NCBI GenBank assembly: GCA_963771885.1
Contig: CAVYVF010000023.1
Coordinates: 384,001-448,000, forward strand
Origin: Candidatus Bathyarchaeota archaeon
GTDB taxonomy: Archaea; Thermoproteota; Bathyarchaeia; TCS64
DNA length: 64,000 nucleotides
Reading direction: 5' to 3'
Shown: positions 18,449 to 27,968 of the stretch, piece after piece
Position numbering within the stretch: position 1 is the first letter of the stretch
How the letters are laid out: each line of letters begins with the position of its first letter
Program-made: the position numbers and the translations under genes
The notes under the pieces: model-generated
Told to the model about the DNA's origin: nothing
Seen by the model: only the letters and a program-made list of their open reading frames with translations
Databases searched by the model: none

Positions 18449-19838
18449 ATGCAGCTGAAGAGTGAGGATTATCTACGCGTTGACGCGGATTTCGACGAGA
18501 ATGGATTAGAGATCAGGCTGGACGATAGAACGTATAGGGTCGACTACCCTGAAGCGGTCTGGAAACCACTTCCAGACGATGCGAAGAAGCTAATCGTCGA
18601 CCATGTTGCCTTCATGTCGACGAACTATCTGCCCATCGTCCTCGGGAAGAAGGGAATAATCTACGGTACCAGGCAGCCGATGCTCGAGAGCCTCGCCTTC
18701 GAGAGCATGATCTACGACATACCGAGCAGCGCCCTTCTCGACGGGAGGTCTGCGACAGACACACTGCGCAGCTACTATAACGCAGACTTCCGTTTTGAGG
18801 GTGGCGAGACGGTCGTCTGGAGTGGAGGATACCGGCCGAGGAACCGCGCGATAATCAGCTTCACGAGCGGCAAGGAAAGCCTTCTCACACTCGCAGTCTG
18901 CCGGGAGCTCGGTATCGAGCCCGTCCTCGTCAACGTCGTCGAGCCAAGCAACATCTACGAGGAAAAGCACCGGCGCGGGCTCCTCCGTGGGATGGCAGAT
19001 GAGTTCGGCTACGAGTGGTACATGATACACCACGAGCCCGGCGTCTTCCACGACGGTAAAAGGATGGGCTACAAGCCGAGCAGCCTCGGCTGGGGAACCC
19101 AACTCCTCTATTACTTGCTCCTTTACCTGCCCTTCATGATCAAGTTTGATGCACGTTACATCTTCTTCGGGAACGAGAACAGCTGCGATAAGGAGGCGCC
19201 TCCTACGGAGGGGTTCCGCACAAACTACTGCTTCGACCAGAGCAGCCGGTGGACCATGCAGATGGATAACGCGGCGCGACTCCTAACGAGGGACTCGGCG
19301 CGCGTAGGCAGCTTAGTGGGACCCCTCAACGAGATAGCGGTCACGAAGGTGCTCCACGACGGCTACCCCGAGCTTGCGAAGTACCAGATGAGCTGCTTCT
19401 GCGAGGACCCGCCCGCCGAGGAACATAGGTGGTGCTGTAGCTGCAGCAAGTGCGCACGCACCTACGCTTTCATCAGAGGACTAGGGGTACGACCCAGCGA
19501 CCGTGGGATTCTGGAGGGACATGTTCACGGAGGAGCACACCGACCTCTTCCCGGCCCTCGGCGGAACTAAGACCTTCGGCTTCGACAAGTCTGGTTTGGG
19601 CCGGGAGGAGCAGGAGCTCTCACTTTACATGGCGGCCCAGAGGGAGCCCGACAACCCCTTCCTGCAGAGGTATATGAAGACGAGTATGTACAACGGCGTC
19701 GCAGGGGAGGGCGGGGCAGGCAACGAGAGGTTCCGCCGCGACTACGAGTTATACATGACTCCGCAGCACTACAAGGCTATGCCACCTGAGCTGCGAGAGA
19801 AGGTATACGCGATCTACAACAGGGTTCTGCGCGGCTAG
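18449..19838 (+). CDS. PP-loop adenine nucleotide alpha-hydrolase, MurL-like; one apparent frameshift
   Basis: SFTSGKESL PP-loop, FGNE, SCF, WCCSCSKC; removing one G of GGGG at ~19484-19487 joins ...GLGYDPATVGFWRDMF... Confidence 0.7.
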
Positions 19839-19859
19839 TCGGATGCCCACCAATACTTA

Positions 19860-19878
19860 TATCCCCTCCCCCTGGATA
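19860..19878 (+). promoter_or_regulatory. Putative CsoR/RcnR-type operator next to a TATA-like box
   Basis: TATCC-cctccccct-GGATA inverted repeat around a C tract, between CTTATA and the repressor ATG. Confidence 0.55.
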
Positions 19879-19880
19879 GG

Positions 19881-20156
19881 ATGACTATGTCGTCCGTCCA
19901 CAGACAGAGGAAAAACGCAAGGGACCGCCTCATGAGGGCAGAGGGCCACCTCAGGGGCATCATAAAGATGATCGACGAGGACAAGGAGTGCCCCGACGTG
20001 CTCCTCCAGATCGCCGCTGTCAAGGCGGCTCTCGACAAGGCGGGGCTCGTCATACTCGAGGACCACATAGAGCACTGCCTCGTCGAGGCCGTCAAATCGG
20101 GGGATGTTAAGCCCCAGCTCGACGAGCTCAAAGCGGCGTTGGGGAAGCTCCTTTAG
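19881..20156 (+). CDS. CsoR/RcnR family metal-sensing repressor
   Basis: RLMRAEGHLRGIIKM, ECPDVLLQIAAV, DHIEHC. Confidence 0.93.
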   Translation: MTMSSVHRQRKNARDRLMRAEGHLRGIIKMIDEDKECPDVLLQIAAVKAALDKAGLVILEDHIEHCLVEAVKSGDVKPQLDELKAALGKLL

Positions 20157-22004
20157 GTGCCTGCTTTGGTTGACAAGGTCAAGGCGGGGGTGCTCGTAGC
20201 CTCAGTCGGGCTCGGCATCGTCAGCTGGGTGTCGCAGACCTTCGGACTGCTACCCCCTCAGATATGCAATATACTCTCACTCGTAGGTGCCATCCTCGGC
20301 GTTCTCTTCATCGGGCACAGTGCCATCAGAACACTGCTTGGCGGCGTATTTGGGATAGACTTGCTGGCGACGGTCGCGATCATCGCATCGATAGTCCTCG
20401 GGGAGAACCTCGCCGCTATTGTTGTCGTACTCATGCTCGGCGGCGGCGAGATTCTCGAGGAATATATCAGCGGGCGCGCCAACAAGGCGATAGAGGAGCT
20501 TGTTGACGCCTTTCCGAAGAACACAATAGTCGTTCGCAATGGTGCCGAGGTTGAGGTACCCGTCTCCGAGGTTAAGCCGGGGGACGTGGTAGCTGTTAAG
20601 CCTGGGGGCATTATCCCGGTCGACGGCGTCGTCTCCTCGGGGCGCGCCACAGTCAACCAGAGCAGTGTCACAGGTGAGCCCCTCCCAGTCGAGAAGGCGG
20701 AGGGAGACGACGTGCTCAGCGGCTCGATCGTTGAGCTGGGCGCCGTCTACATCCGGACACGCGTAGTTGGAGACGACAGCACCTACGGCAGGATCATCGC
20801 GATGGTGAAGGAGGCGGAGGAGAACCAGGCCCCCATCGTTCGGTTGGCCGACCGCTTCGCTGGCTACTACATACCGATCATCCTCCTACTCGGCCTCGCC
20901 GTCTACTGGATGACTGGCGATCCGCTGAGGATGGCGGCTGTCTTCATCATCAGCTGCCCATGCGCATTGACGCTAGCGACGCCTATGGCGGTCGCGGCGA
21001 GCATTGGGAACAGCGCCCGCAAGGGGATACTCATCAGGAACGGAGAGAGTCTGCAGAAGCTCGCTTCAGTGGACACCGTGGTGCTTGATAAGACGGGGAC
21101 GCTCACCCTCGGTCGTCCCGAGGTGTCTGATGTGAAGGGTTTCAACGGCACGACGGGAGCAGAGGTACTCGCCCTCGCCGCGGGAGCGGAGCGCCACTCC
21201 GAGCACCCAGTCGCACACGCCATCCTTAAGAGAGCCGAGAAGGAGGGCATAAGCCCAACCGACTGCTCCGAAGTAGAGACGCTCCCCGGCCTCGGCATCT
21301 GCGTCATCCACGAGTCGACGCGCGTCGCCGTTGGCAGCGAGAAGCTCCTCCGTCAGGAGGGCGTGGAGGTCACTGAGGAGGCGAACGCCTACCTCGCGGC
21401 GCAGAAGACGAATCAGTCTACGATATTCGTGGCCATGAACGGAACACTCGTCGGTGCAATCACAATCTCTGACACCATCCGCGAGAATGTGAAAGAGGTC
21501 ATCGCGGACGCCAGGAGAAGCGGCGCCAAAAAGGTCGTCATCCTCACGGGTGACAAGAAGGACGTGGCCGAGGACGTCGCAGCGCGTGCCGGCGTCGACG
21601 AGGTAGTGGCCGACCTGCTCCCCGCCGAGAAGGTGGCGCACATCAAGCGCCTCAAGAAAGAGGGCGGTGTCCTCATGGTCGGCGACGGCATCAACGACGC
21701 CCCCGCCCTCGCGACTGCGGACGTCGGCGCCGCCATGGGGCTAACTGGCACCGACATAGCCATTGAGACGGCTGGCATCACCCTTGCAAACAACCGCTTA
21801 GAGGGCGTCCCTAGGCTCCTCAGGATTGGCCGCGAGACGATGAAGAACGTGAAGCTGAATATCGCCTTCGCCCTCACGGTGAACGCGATAGGCATCGCCC
21901 TCTCCGCGATGGGTCTAGTCACCCCGCTGACGGCGAGCATCATACACGAGAGCAATGCGTTGCTTGTGATGTTGAACAGCCTGAGGCTCCTGAGGGTAGA
22001 TTAG
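20157..22004 (+). CDS. P1B-type heavy-metal ATPase without N-terminal metal-binding domain
   Basis: TGEP, SCPCAL, DKTGTLT, SEHP, GDGINDAP, HES. Confidence 0.95.
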   Translation: MPALVDKVKAGVLVASVGLGIVSWVSQTFGLLPPQICNILSLVGAILGVLFIGHSAIRTLLGGVFGIDLLATVAIIASIVLGENLAAIVVVLMLGGGEILEEYISGRANKAIEELVDAFPKNTIVVRNGAEVEVPVSEVKPGDVVAVKPGGIIPVDGVVSSGRATVNQSSVTGEPLPVEKAEGDDVLSGSIVELGAVYIRTRVVGDDSTYGRIIAMVKEAEENQAPIVRLADRFAGYYIPIILLLGLAVYWMTGDPLRMAAVFIISCPCALTLATPMAVAASIGNSARKGILIRNGESLQKLASVDTVVLDKTGTLTLGRPEVSDVKGFNGTTGAEVLALAAGAERHSEHPVAHAILKRAEKEGISPTDCSEVETLPGLGICVIHESTRVAVGSEKLLRQEGVEVTEEANAYLAAQKTNQSTIFVAMNGTLVGAITISDTIRENVKEVIADARRSGAKKVVILTGDKKDVAEDVAARAGVDEVVADLLPAEKVAHIKRLKKEGGVLMVGDGINDAPALATADVGAAMGLTGTDIAIETAGITLANNRLEGVPRLLRIGRETMKNVKLNIAFALTVNAIGIALSAMGLVTPLTASIIHESNALLVMLNSLRLLRVD

Positions 22005-22121
22005 TTAGTTTTCGTCCCTTTTTGCTCCATCTAGGGCTAGTAGATTGAGCCTATATGTTATTAAATTTAGCTAAAAGACTCGATTTAAAAATGTTTTTAA
22101 ATAATGGTCGTTTCGAAAACA

Positions 22122-22298
22122 ATGGACATGTCTGACGACGATAAGAAGTATAAGTATCACACCGTCAACCTCCCCGAGAACCTTGCCTCAAAGATCGAGG
22201 AGGTCATCTCGAGTGGTAAGCACGGCTACACTAGCGTCCCAGACTTCGTCAAAAGTGCGGTCCGGAGGTATCTCCGAGACCTAGGTTATCTGGTTTGA
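22122..22298 (+). CDS. Small ribbon-helix-helix (CopG/MetJ-like) regulator
   Basis: TVNLPENLASKIEEVI...GYTSVPDFVKSAVR; AT-rich upstream promoter. Confidence 0.8.
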   Translation: MDMSDDDKKYKYHTVNLPENLASKIEEVISSGKHGYTSVPDFVKSAVRRYLRDLGYLV

Positions 22299-22420
22299 AT
22301 TTGCGCGCACACGCTCGTTGCCGACATCCCCCAATCTCGAAATTCTCCTGATGGGAGTTTTAACCGCAACATTCAGACTCAAAGCATTAAAACAGCCTCA
22401 CCTCTGCACTCGTGATCGGT

Positions 22421-23470
22421 ATGATGGGCGAGGATGAGATGTGGCACGCCGTCGAGGCGCGCGACTCGTCGGCGGACGGAAAATTCGTTACAGCGGTACG
22501 TACAACCGGTATCTACTGCCGACCCTCGTGTCCAAGCAGGCATCCAAAAAGAGAGAACGTCGAATTCTACCCAACCGCCGACGCTGCGGAGGTCGCTGGC
22601 TATCGCCCATGCAAGCGCTGTAAGCCACAGGATGTAGATGCGCCGCAGGTCGCCTGGGTCAAGAATATATGCGACTACATACGTCGCCACCCCGAGGCGA
22701 AGATCACACTCGACAATCTCGCCGCCGAGGCGGGTGTCTCCGCCTACCACCTGCAGCGTATCTTCAAGCGCGTTATGGGTGTGAGCCCACGACAGTACCA
22801 AGAAGCGTGTCGAATAGAGCGCCTTAAGGGGCAGCTCCGAGAGGGTGAGTCAGTCACCAAGGCTATTTACGGCGCTGGCTACGGTTCGACTAGCTGGCTC
22901 TACAGGGACTCACATACAAAGCTAGGGATGACCCCGGGGGCATACCGGCGCAAGGGTGAGGGCATGGCGATAAAGTACAGGATACTCGACAGCCCCCTAG
23001 GGAAACTCATCGTCGCCCGCACGGCACACGGCGTCTGCTACGTTGGACTCTGGGACGAAGAGGCGACACTCGAGGCGTCTCTGCGCACCGAGTATCCCCG
23101 GGCGGAACTGACCCGCGACGCAGACGGGAATGATCCCTGGACACAGGGAATACTCGCCTACCTCGAGGGAAGGGCGGCGGAGCTAGGAGGCATACCCGTC
23201 GACGCGCACGGAACCGAGTTCCAGCGGAAAGTCTGGAGGGAGCTTCAGGCGATCCCCCGTGGTAAGACGCGCTCATACGGCGAGGTGGCCAGCAGAATAG
23301 GCCGCCCAAAGGCAGTCCGCGCCGTAGGCAGGGCATGCGCAACTAACCCCGTCTCCCTGCTCATCCCCTGCCACCGAGTCCTCGGAGGCGCTGGCGACCT
23401 CCACGGCTACCATTGGGGACTCGAGCGAAAGAAGAAACTCCTTGAGGCCGAGAACGCACTAGGGGTGTAG
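22421..23470 (+). CDS. ada: Bifunctional Ada: Zn methylphosphotriester domain + AraC HTH + O6-methylguanine methyltransferase
   Basis: TTGIYCRPSC, GYRPCKRCKP, HLQRIFK, GTEFQ, PCHRV. Confidence 0.93.
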   Translation: MMGEDEMWHAVEARDSSADGKFVTAVRTTGIYCRPSCPSRHPKRENVEFYPTADAAEVAGYRPCKRCKPQDVDAPQVAWVKNICDYIRRHPEAKITLDNLAAEAGVSAYHLQRIFKRVMGVSPRQYQEACRIERLKGQLREGESVTKAIYGAGYGSTSWLYRDSHTKLGMTPGAYRRKGEGMAIKYRILDSPLGKLIVARTAHGVCYVGLWDEEATLEASLRTEYPRAELTRDADGNDPWTQGILAYLEGRAAELGGIPVDAHGTEFQRKVWRELQAIPRGKTRSYGEVASRIGRPKAVRAVGRACATNPVSLLIPCHRVLGGAGDLHGYHWGLERKKKLLEAENALGV

Positions 23471-23868
23471 CCGGAGCCCTTTGATGACGGTATCTATCTG
23501 CCTCTTGGTGCTCCTGATCGCCATGCCGACGAGGTTGAGGTCTTTCCTCCTTCACTGAGGCGACGGCGGCGCGGTTGTCCGCGTCGTTGTAGGTTTTGAA
23601 GAGCTCCTCAGTATAAATAGTAAACCTTCATGTTCCTTTTCTTGGCACGCTCGTAGACTTCTTTTATCTGATCTCGGTTTGCGGCGAAGACGAGAATGGG
23701 CTGTACACTCATGGGGAGATACTTGTTGCCGCTTGCGTCGACGTAGGGTTCGCCCACGATCTTCTCAGTGCCGGCTATCCCACTTACAGTGAAGGCGGTT
23801 ACGTTTAGCTTCTGCCAGATGGCGAGATCCTCCCTAACGATTACGACTATCTTCGTGTCAAAATCCAT
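23459..23868 (-). CDS. DUF2000 family protein with two apparent frameshifts
   Basis: DTKIVVIVREDLAIWQKLNVTAF; continues out of frame as YTEELFKTYNDADNRAAV and DLNLVGMAIR...KGLRLHP*. Confidence 0.7.
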
Positions 23869-23899
23869 GCCCTGATCTAGTTCGGCTCTGAGAAAAGCA

Positions 23900-24520
23900 T
23901 TAGGGGACGCCGCCGAGGTACTCGAACCACGCGATTCGGGCTGCTACGGACCGCCAGGGGCGCCACAGCTCGCCGATCTCCTCGAACTCCTCGGCCGACG
24001 GAGGACGGGGGAGCCCCTTGATGCGGGTTACTGCGGAGATGAGTGCGAGATCGCCCCTAGGCCAAACGTCGAGGCGGCGCAGCGCCATGAGGAGATATAT
24101 GTCAGCGCTCCAGCGCCCGATGCCCTTCAAATCCATAAGCCTGAGCCTGGCCTCGTCGTCGCCGAGTCCATTCAGTTCATCGAACCTGAACGAACCGTCA
24201 AGTACTCTCTCCGAGAGGAGCCGTACGTAGTGGATCTTTTGGCGGCTGAAGCCTATTCTCTTCAGCTCCATGTCGCTGAGGGTGAGGAACACCTCTGGAA
24301 CCGGTTCACCTATCCTCTCGGCAAGACGGCCGTATGCGGCTCGGGCGGATGAGAGGGAGACTTGCTGTTCCAAGATAATGCGTGTGAGTGTGGAGAACCC
24401 GGGTGGACGCGCCCAGAGAGGCGGAGGGCCGTGGCGCGCCACGACAGCGGCAAGGTCAGAATCTCGTTCGGTGAGAGCCCTTACCGCGCTGTGCAGAGTT
24501 TCCTCGTCGAGCAGCCCCAT
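23900..24520 (-). CDS. alkA: DNA-3-methyladenine glycosylase II (HhH-GPD)
   Basis: ILEQQVS, LKGIGRWSADIYL, WPRGDLAL, WRPWRSVAA. Confidence 0.9.
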   Translation of the reverse strand: MGLLDEETLHSAVRALTERDSDLAAVVARHGPPPLWARPPGFSTLTRIILEQQVSLSSARAAYGRLAERIGEPVPEVFLTLSDMELKRIGFSRQKIHYVRLLSERVLDGSFRFDELNGLGDDEARLRLMDLKGIGRWSADIYLLMALRRLDVWPRGDLALISAVTRIKGLPRPPSAEEFEEIGELWRPWRSVAARIAWFEYLGGVP

Positions 24521-24579
24521 ACAAAGTCAAACAGCACGGCACCTGGAGGCTGATAATCCTTGCCAGAAAAATTTGGGCC

Positions 24580-24876
24580 CTATTCCTTTACGTTTGTTAT
24601 TTCGGCGTCCTCATGTAGTGCAGACGGGAACTTGGCGAGGTATTGAACCCAATCTTGGAGCTGCGTCTCCGGGTGCGCAGCAACGAATGCCTCGTGCTTC
24701 TTGCAGTGCCGGCCTACAAACTTAGGGTCGGCCTTTATGACCATGTGCATTCTCAACGCTCCGGGGCCCTGATCGGTCTGGAAGCCACACCCCTCAACAG
24801 GGCACGTAAACAGGCTTATGCTCCCCCTCTGCTTGTCGAGGAGGTAATATCTCTTGTACCTTTCATCTATTTCCAA
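24580..24876 (-). CDS. Small hypothetical protein with zinc-finger-like motif
   Basis: CPVEGC...LRMH and HCKKH; GGAGG RBS before the TTG start. Confidence 0.65.
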   Translation of the reverse strand: MEIDERYKRYYLLDKQRGSISLFTCPVEGCGFQTDQGPGALRMHMVIKADPKFVGRHCKKHEAFVAAHPETQLQDWVQYLAKFPSALHEDAEITNVKE

Positions 24877-24889
24877 CGATTACTCCTCC

Positions 24890-25070
24890 CGACTGTGGCC
24901 CCGGCGGCCCTCGCCATCTGGGGTGTTTGAAGAATGTGTCCGCCGCTTTACGCGGTCAGGTTCGGCCTCTGCCCGGGCCGCCGGGTGGGCGATGGGGGAT
25001 CCGCCCAACTCTGGATTCTAAATGGCTTAGTTGTATGATCTCCGCGGCTCACCGGGCCGCTCAGAGCCAT
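24890..25070. ncRNA. Candidate structured RNA (leader or sRNA), family unassigned
   Basis: 11-bp perfect inverted repeat (24900-24910/24975-24985) plus several GC hairpins in a non-coding gap. Confidence 0.4.
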
Positions 25071-25248
25071 GTTAGTCTTGCATAAAGGGTGTAATAAGCT
25101 TACTGCACGCCGACGCTAACGGTTCAACACATATCCCTATTTAACAGAGCTTTTTCATACCTTCGGCATTTAACTGGAAAACAGCCCCAGATCGGTAGTC
25201 AACCTTTAAGTAGACTCTTTCCCAACGACGAAATGAGGGAATCCACCA

Positions 25249-25464
25249 ATGAAGTACACGATAGAGGTAGACAGGAACAATTGCATTGCATGCAGTGTCT
25301 GCTATGGTACTGACCCAACACACTTCGAGAGCGACGCCTCCGGCAAATCCCGGGTCATAGGAGGAACTACAAACGGCACATCCGTCGGCGCCTTCGAGGA
25401 CCTTAAAGAGGACGCCCAGAGAGCCTCGGACTCCTGTCCGGTCACAGCCATTACTATAAAGTAG
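25249..25464 (+). CDS. Monocluster ferredoxin
   Basis: CIACSVC ... SCPVTAI. Confidence 0.9.
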   Translation: MKYTIEVDRNNCIACSVCYGTDPTHFESDASGKSRVIGGTTNGTSVGAFEDLKEDAQRASDSCPVTAITIK

Positions 25465-25651
25465 CCCGTAGCAGACTTATGCCAAACGCAACCTCTGATC
25501 CGCTTCATTATGCTTAACCAACATCTCCTAGAAAGTGCAGATTTGGGAAGCGGGTATACAGGTCCCTCGAAGTTCATCGACTCAAATCACTAGGCTGAGA
25601 ACGCCCCACAATCATTAAAGCGTCCGTAGGCGATCTGAGACGCGACCCGCT

Positions 25652-26629
25652 GTGGAAGTAATATGCGCAGGAAGCTGGATGGTCGATATTGTTGCCCCCC
25701 ACCTACCCGCGATAACGCCTCCGGGCGGACTCATCTATGCCCCGCATGGAATATCAGTAAACATAGGCGGACACGCCGCCAATGTATCAATAGATCTCAC
25801 TCAGCTTGGACAGAGCGGGGTAGCATCGACGGGATGCGTCGGCTCCGACATGCTTGGCGACTATATACGCGAGACGCTGAGGAAGGCGGGCGTTGACCCT
25901 CGCCCGCAGATCCTGAATGATATACAGACCGCGAAGAATATTGCTCTCACCGTCGAGGGGGAGGACAGGCGATTCATCGCCGAACTTGCCGCGAACACTC
26001 TTCTCAGCCACGAACATGTTATGGGGCAGCTCAAGGACCGCCCACGGATTCTCTACCTAGGGACCGTCGGCGGGCTTAGGCACATCGACGCGAACCTCGC
26101 CAAGTTGCTCGACGCCGCACACAGCGTCGGTGCGTTGACGCTCGTTGATGTCATTCAGCCGACGAAACCCGACTGGAGCCACCTCATCCCCGCACTCCCA
26201 TACATCGATGTCCTCCACCTCAATACTCTCGAAGCGCGTCTCGCCACTGGCATCAGTAACTCCCTCAGCGCTGCTGAGACTCTGCACAAACAAGGAGTAA
26301 AAACAGTCATAATCACCGGGGGCTCTCAAGGGCTTACCGCAATCCACGGGGAGGAGAAGATTAGGATGCCCGCCTTTGCAGTCGAGGAAGTCGATTCGAC
26401 AGGCGCTGGCGACGCTCTATGTGCCGGCTTAATCCACAGCCTGTTAAACCTACGCGAACCTTCGGATGTGACGCACAGTGAATTCAAGGATGCACTCCTC
26501 GAGGGACAAGCCGCAGGTGCCGCCTGCGTCACAGCCCCAGGGGCGACTACGGCGGTGACAGCGAACAACGTGAAACGGCTGATACGCGAGCAAGGCGCAG
26601 GGATTCTCTCCTCTACCTCAAGTCTATAA
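25652..26629 (+). CDS. PfkB family carbohydrate kinase
   Basis: GGHAANV, VGSDMLG, DSTGAGDA. Confidence 0.92.
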   Translation: MEVICAGSWMVDIVAPHLPAITPPGGLIYAPHGISVNIGGHAANVSIDLTQLGQSGVASTGCVGSDMLGDYIRETLRKAGVDPRPQILNDIQTAKNIALTVEGEDRRFIAELAANTLLSHEHVMGQLKDRPRILYLGTVGGLRHIDANLAKLLDAAHSVGALTLVDVIQPTKPDWSHLIPALPYIDVLHLNTLEARLATGISNSLSAAETLHKQGVKTVIITGGSQGLTAIHGEEKIRMPAFAVEEVDSTGAGDALCAGLIHSLLNLREPSDVTHSEFKDALLEGQAAGAACVTAPGATTAVTANNVKRLIREQGAGILSSTSSL

Positions 26630-26653
26630 GAGTGGGCGGCGGAGAGCCATACC

Positions 26654-27334
26654 ATGGAGATGCGGCGAAGGATACCCACGGGCTCTCAGGGTCTCGACGC
26701 CCAACTCCTCGGCGGCATCCCTCTGGGAGAGCTCACACTCGTCTATGGTGAGCCGGGCTCTGGGAAGACCACCCTCGCCCTCTGTGCCGCCGCTCAACTC
26801 CTCCGCCTCGACCACGCCGCAAGAGTTGTCTACCTCGATTCCGACGCCAAGTTCGCACCATCGCGCCTAATTCAGATCGCAGGCTCGGAAGAGCACCTCA
26901 GGCGTCTATCTTACACTCGCCCAACAACCTTCGAGGAGCAGGCCGAGGCACTCGACCGCCTCCCCGAGCAGCTCCAACATGGTGACCTCGCCGTTGTCGA
27001 CTCAGTTACGGGGCTCTACCGCGTCGAGACAGGGGACACCCAGAAGACCTTCACTGAGAACAAGGAGCTCAATAGGCAGCTTGGGGCGTTAAAGGAGGTC
27101 GCCGTTTCGACGCGTGCCGCAGTCATCCTAACTGGGCAGGTGAGAAGCGTCCTCGACTCTCCCTTCCCTGCCGTCGAACCTGTCGCCCAGCGCCTACTTC
27201 GCTACTGGAGCGACAAAGTGATAAAGGTGGAGAACACAGCGACGCCGGGGGTAAAGCAGGCGACCGTTGAGAAGCCCCCCGAGATGCGCGGCGCCACTCG
27301 GTTCAGGATAACACAGGGCGGTTTGGAGGACTAG
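26654..27334 (+). CDS. radB: DNA repair/recombination protein RadB
   Basis: IPTGSQGLDAQLLGG, GEPGSGKT, VVDS; no RadA N-terminal domain. Confidence 0.85.
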   Translation: MEMRRRIPTGSQGLDAQLLGGIPLGELTLVYGEPGSGKTTLALCAAAQLLRLDHAARVVYLDSDAKFAPSRLIQIAGSEEHLRRLSYTRPTTFEEQAEALDRLPEQLQHGDLAVVDSVTGLYRVETGDTQKTFTENKELNRQLGALKEVAVSTRAAVILTGQVRSVLDSPFPAVEPVAQRLLRYWSDKVIKVENTATPGVKQATVEKPPEMRGATRFRITQGGLED

Positions 27335-27336
27335 GC

Positions 27337-27819
27337 TTGGACGTGGTTGAATGGTTCCTGGGCACGGTGTGGCTCTTCCTCCCCGCGTACTTCGCCAACG
27401 CTGCCCCCGTCCTCCTCCATGGCGGAGGAGTCCTCGACGGCGGAAAGAATTGGAGCGACGGGAAAAGAATCCTCGGCGACCACAAGACGGTCTACGGGAC
27501 ACTTGTCGGTATAGCAGTCGGCAGCGTCTTCGGCATCATCCAGGGGAACGCTGTTCAGGGGGTTCTCTTCTCAATAGGCGCCATACTTGGCGACCTACTA
27601 TTCGCGTTCATAAAGAGGCGCCTCGGCATCCCTCCAGGTAAGCCCCTCCCCCTTTGGGACCAAGTTGGCTTCATAATCCTAGCTATAGCTCTCGGAAGCC
27701 TAGTCGAGCCACGTCCAACGTGGCAACAGGACGTCGCTATGATCCTCACCACGATCCCCGTCCACTACGTCTCAAACCTGTTTGCATGGGGCCTAAGCTG
27801 GAAAAAGGAGCCATGGTAA
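27337..27819 (+). CDS. carS: CDP-archaeol synthase
   Basis: PAYFANAAPV, DGKRILGDHKT, GDLLFAFIKRR, DQ, KKEPW. Confidence 0.93.
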   Translation: MDVVEWFLGTVWLFLPAYFANAAPVLLHGGGVLDGGKNWSDGKRILGDHKTVYGTLVGIAVGSVFGIIQGNAVQGVLFSIGAILGDLLFAFIKRRLGIPPGKPLPLWDQVGFIILAIALGSLVEPRPTWQQDVAMILTTIPVHYVSNLFAWGLSWKKEPW

Positions 27820-27827
27820 CTCTAACC

Positions 27828-27901
27828 GTTCTAGGCTGTAGAACAATTGTTCTAAACCCTGATTTTAATAAGTTCAAATCACCCGCTACAGGGTATAGAA
27901 C
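27828..27901. promoter_or_regulatory. Cluster of TAGAAC/GTTCTA boxes including a perfect 16-bp palindrome
   Basis: GTTCTA 27828, TAGAACAATTGTTCTA 27839-27854, TAGAAC 27896. Confidence 0.5.
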
Positions 27902-27968
27902 CTCGTTCGGCAAAGGTTTTAGACCGGTAGGAGTATTAATCGAATCAGAAGCTTGACGGAGGCTCAAA

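Noticed and set aside
24987..25043. Firm call of a fluoride riboswitch
   Set aside because: The loop is two nt longer than the recalled consensus, the terminal UAC is missing and no fluoride-related gene follows; kept only as one reading of the RNA candidate
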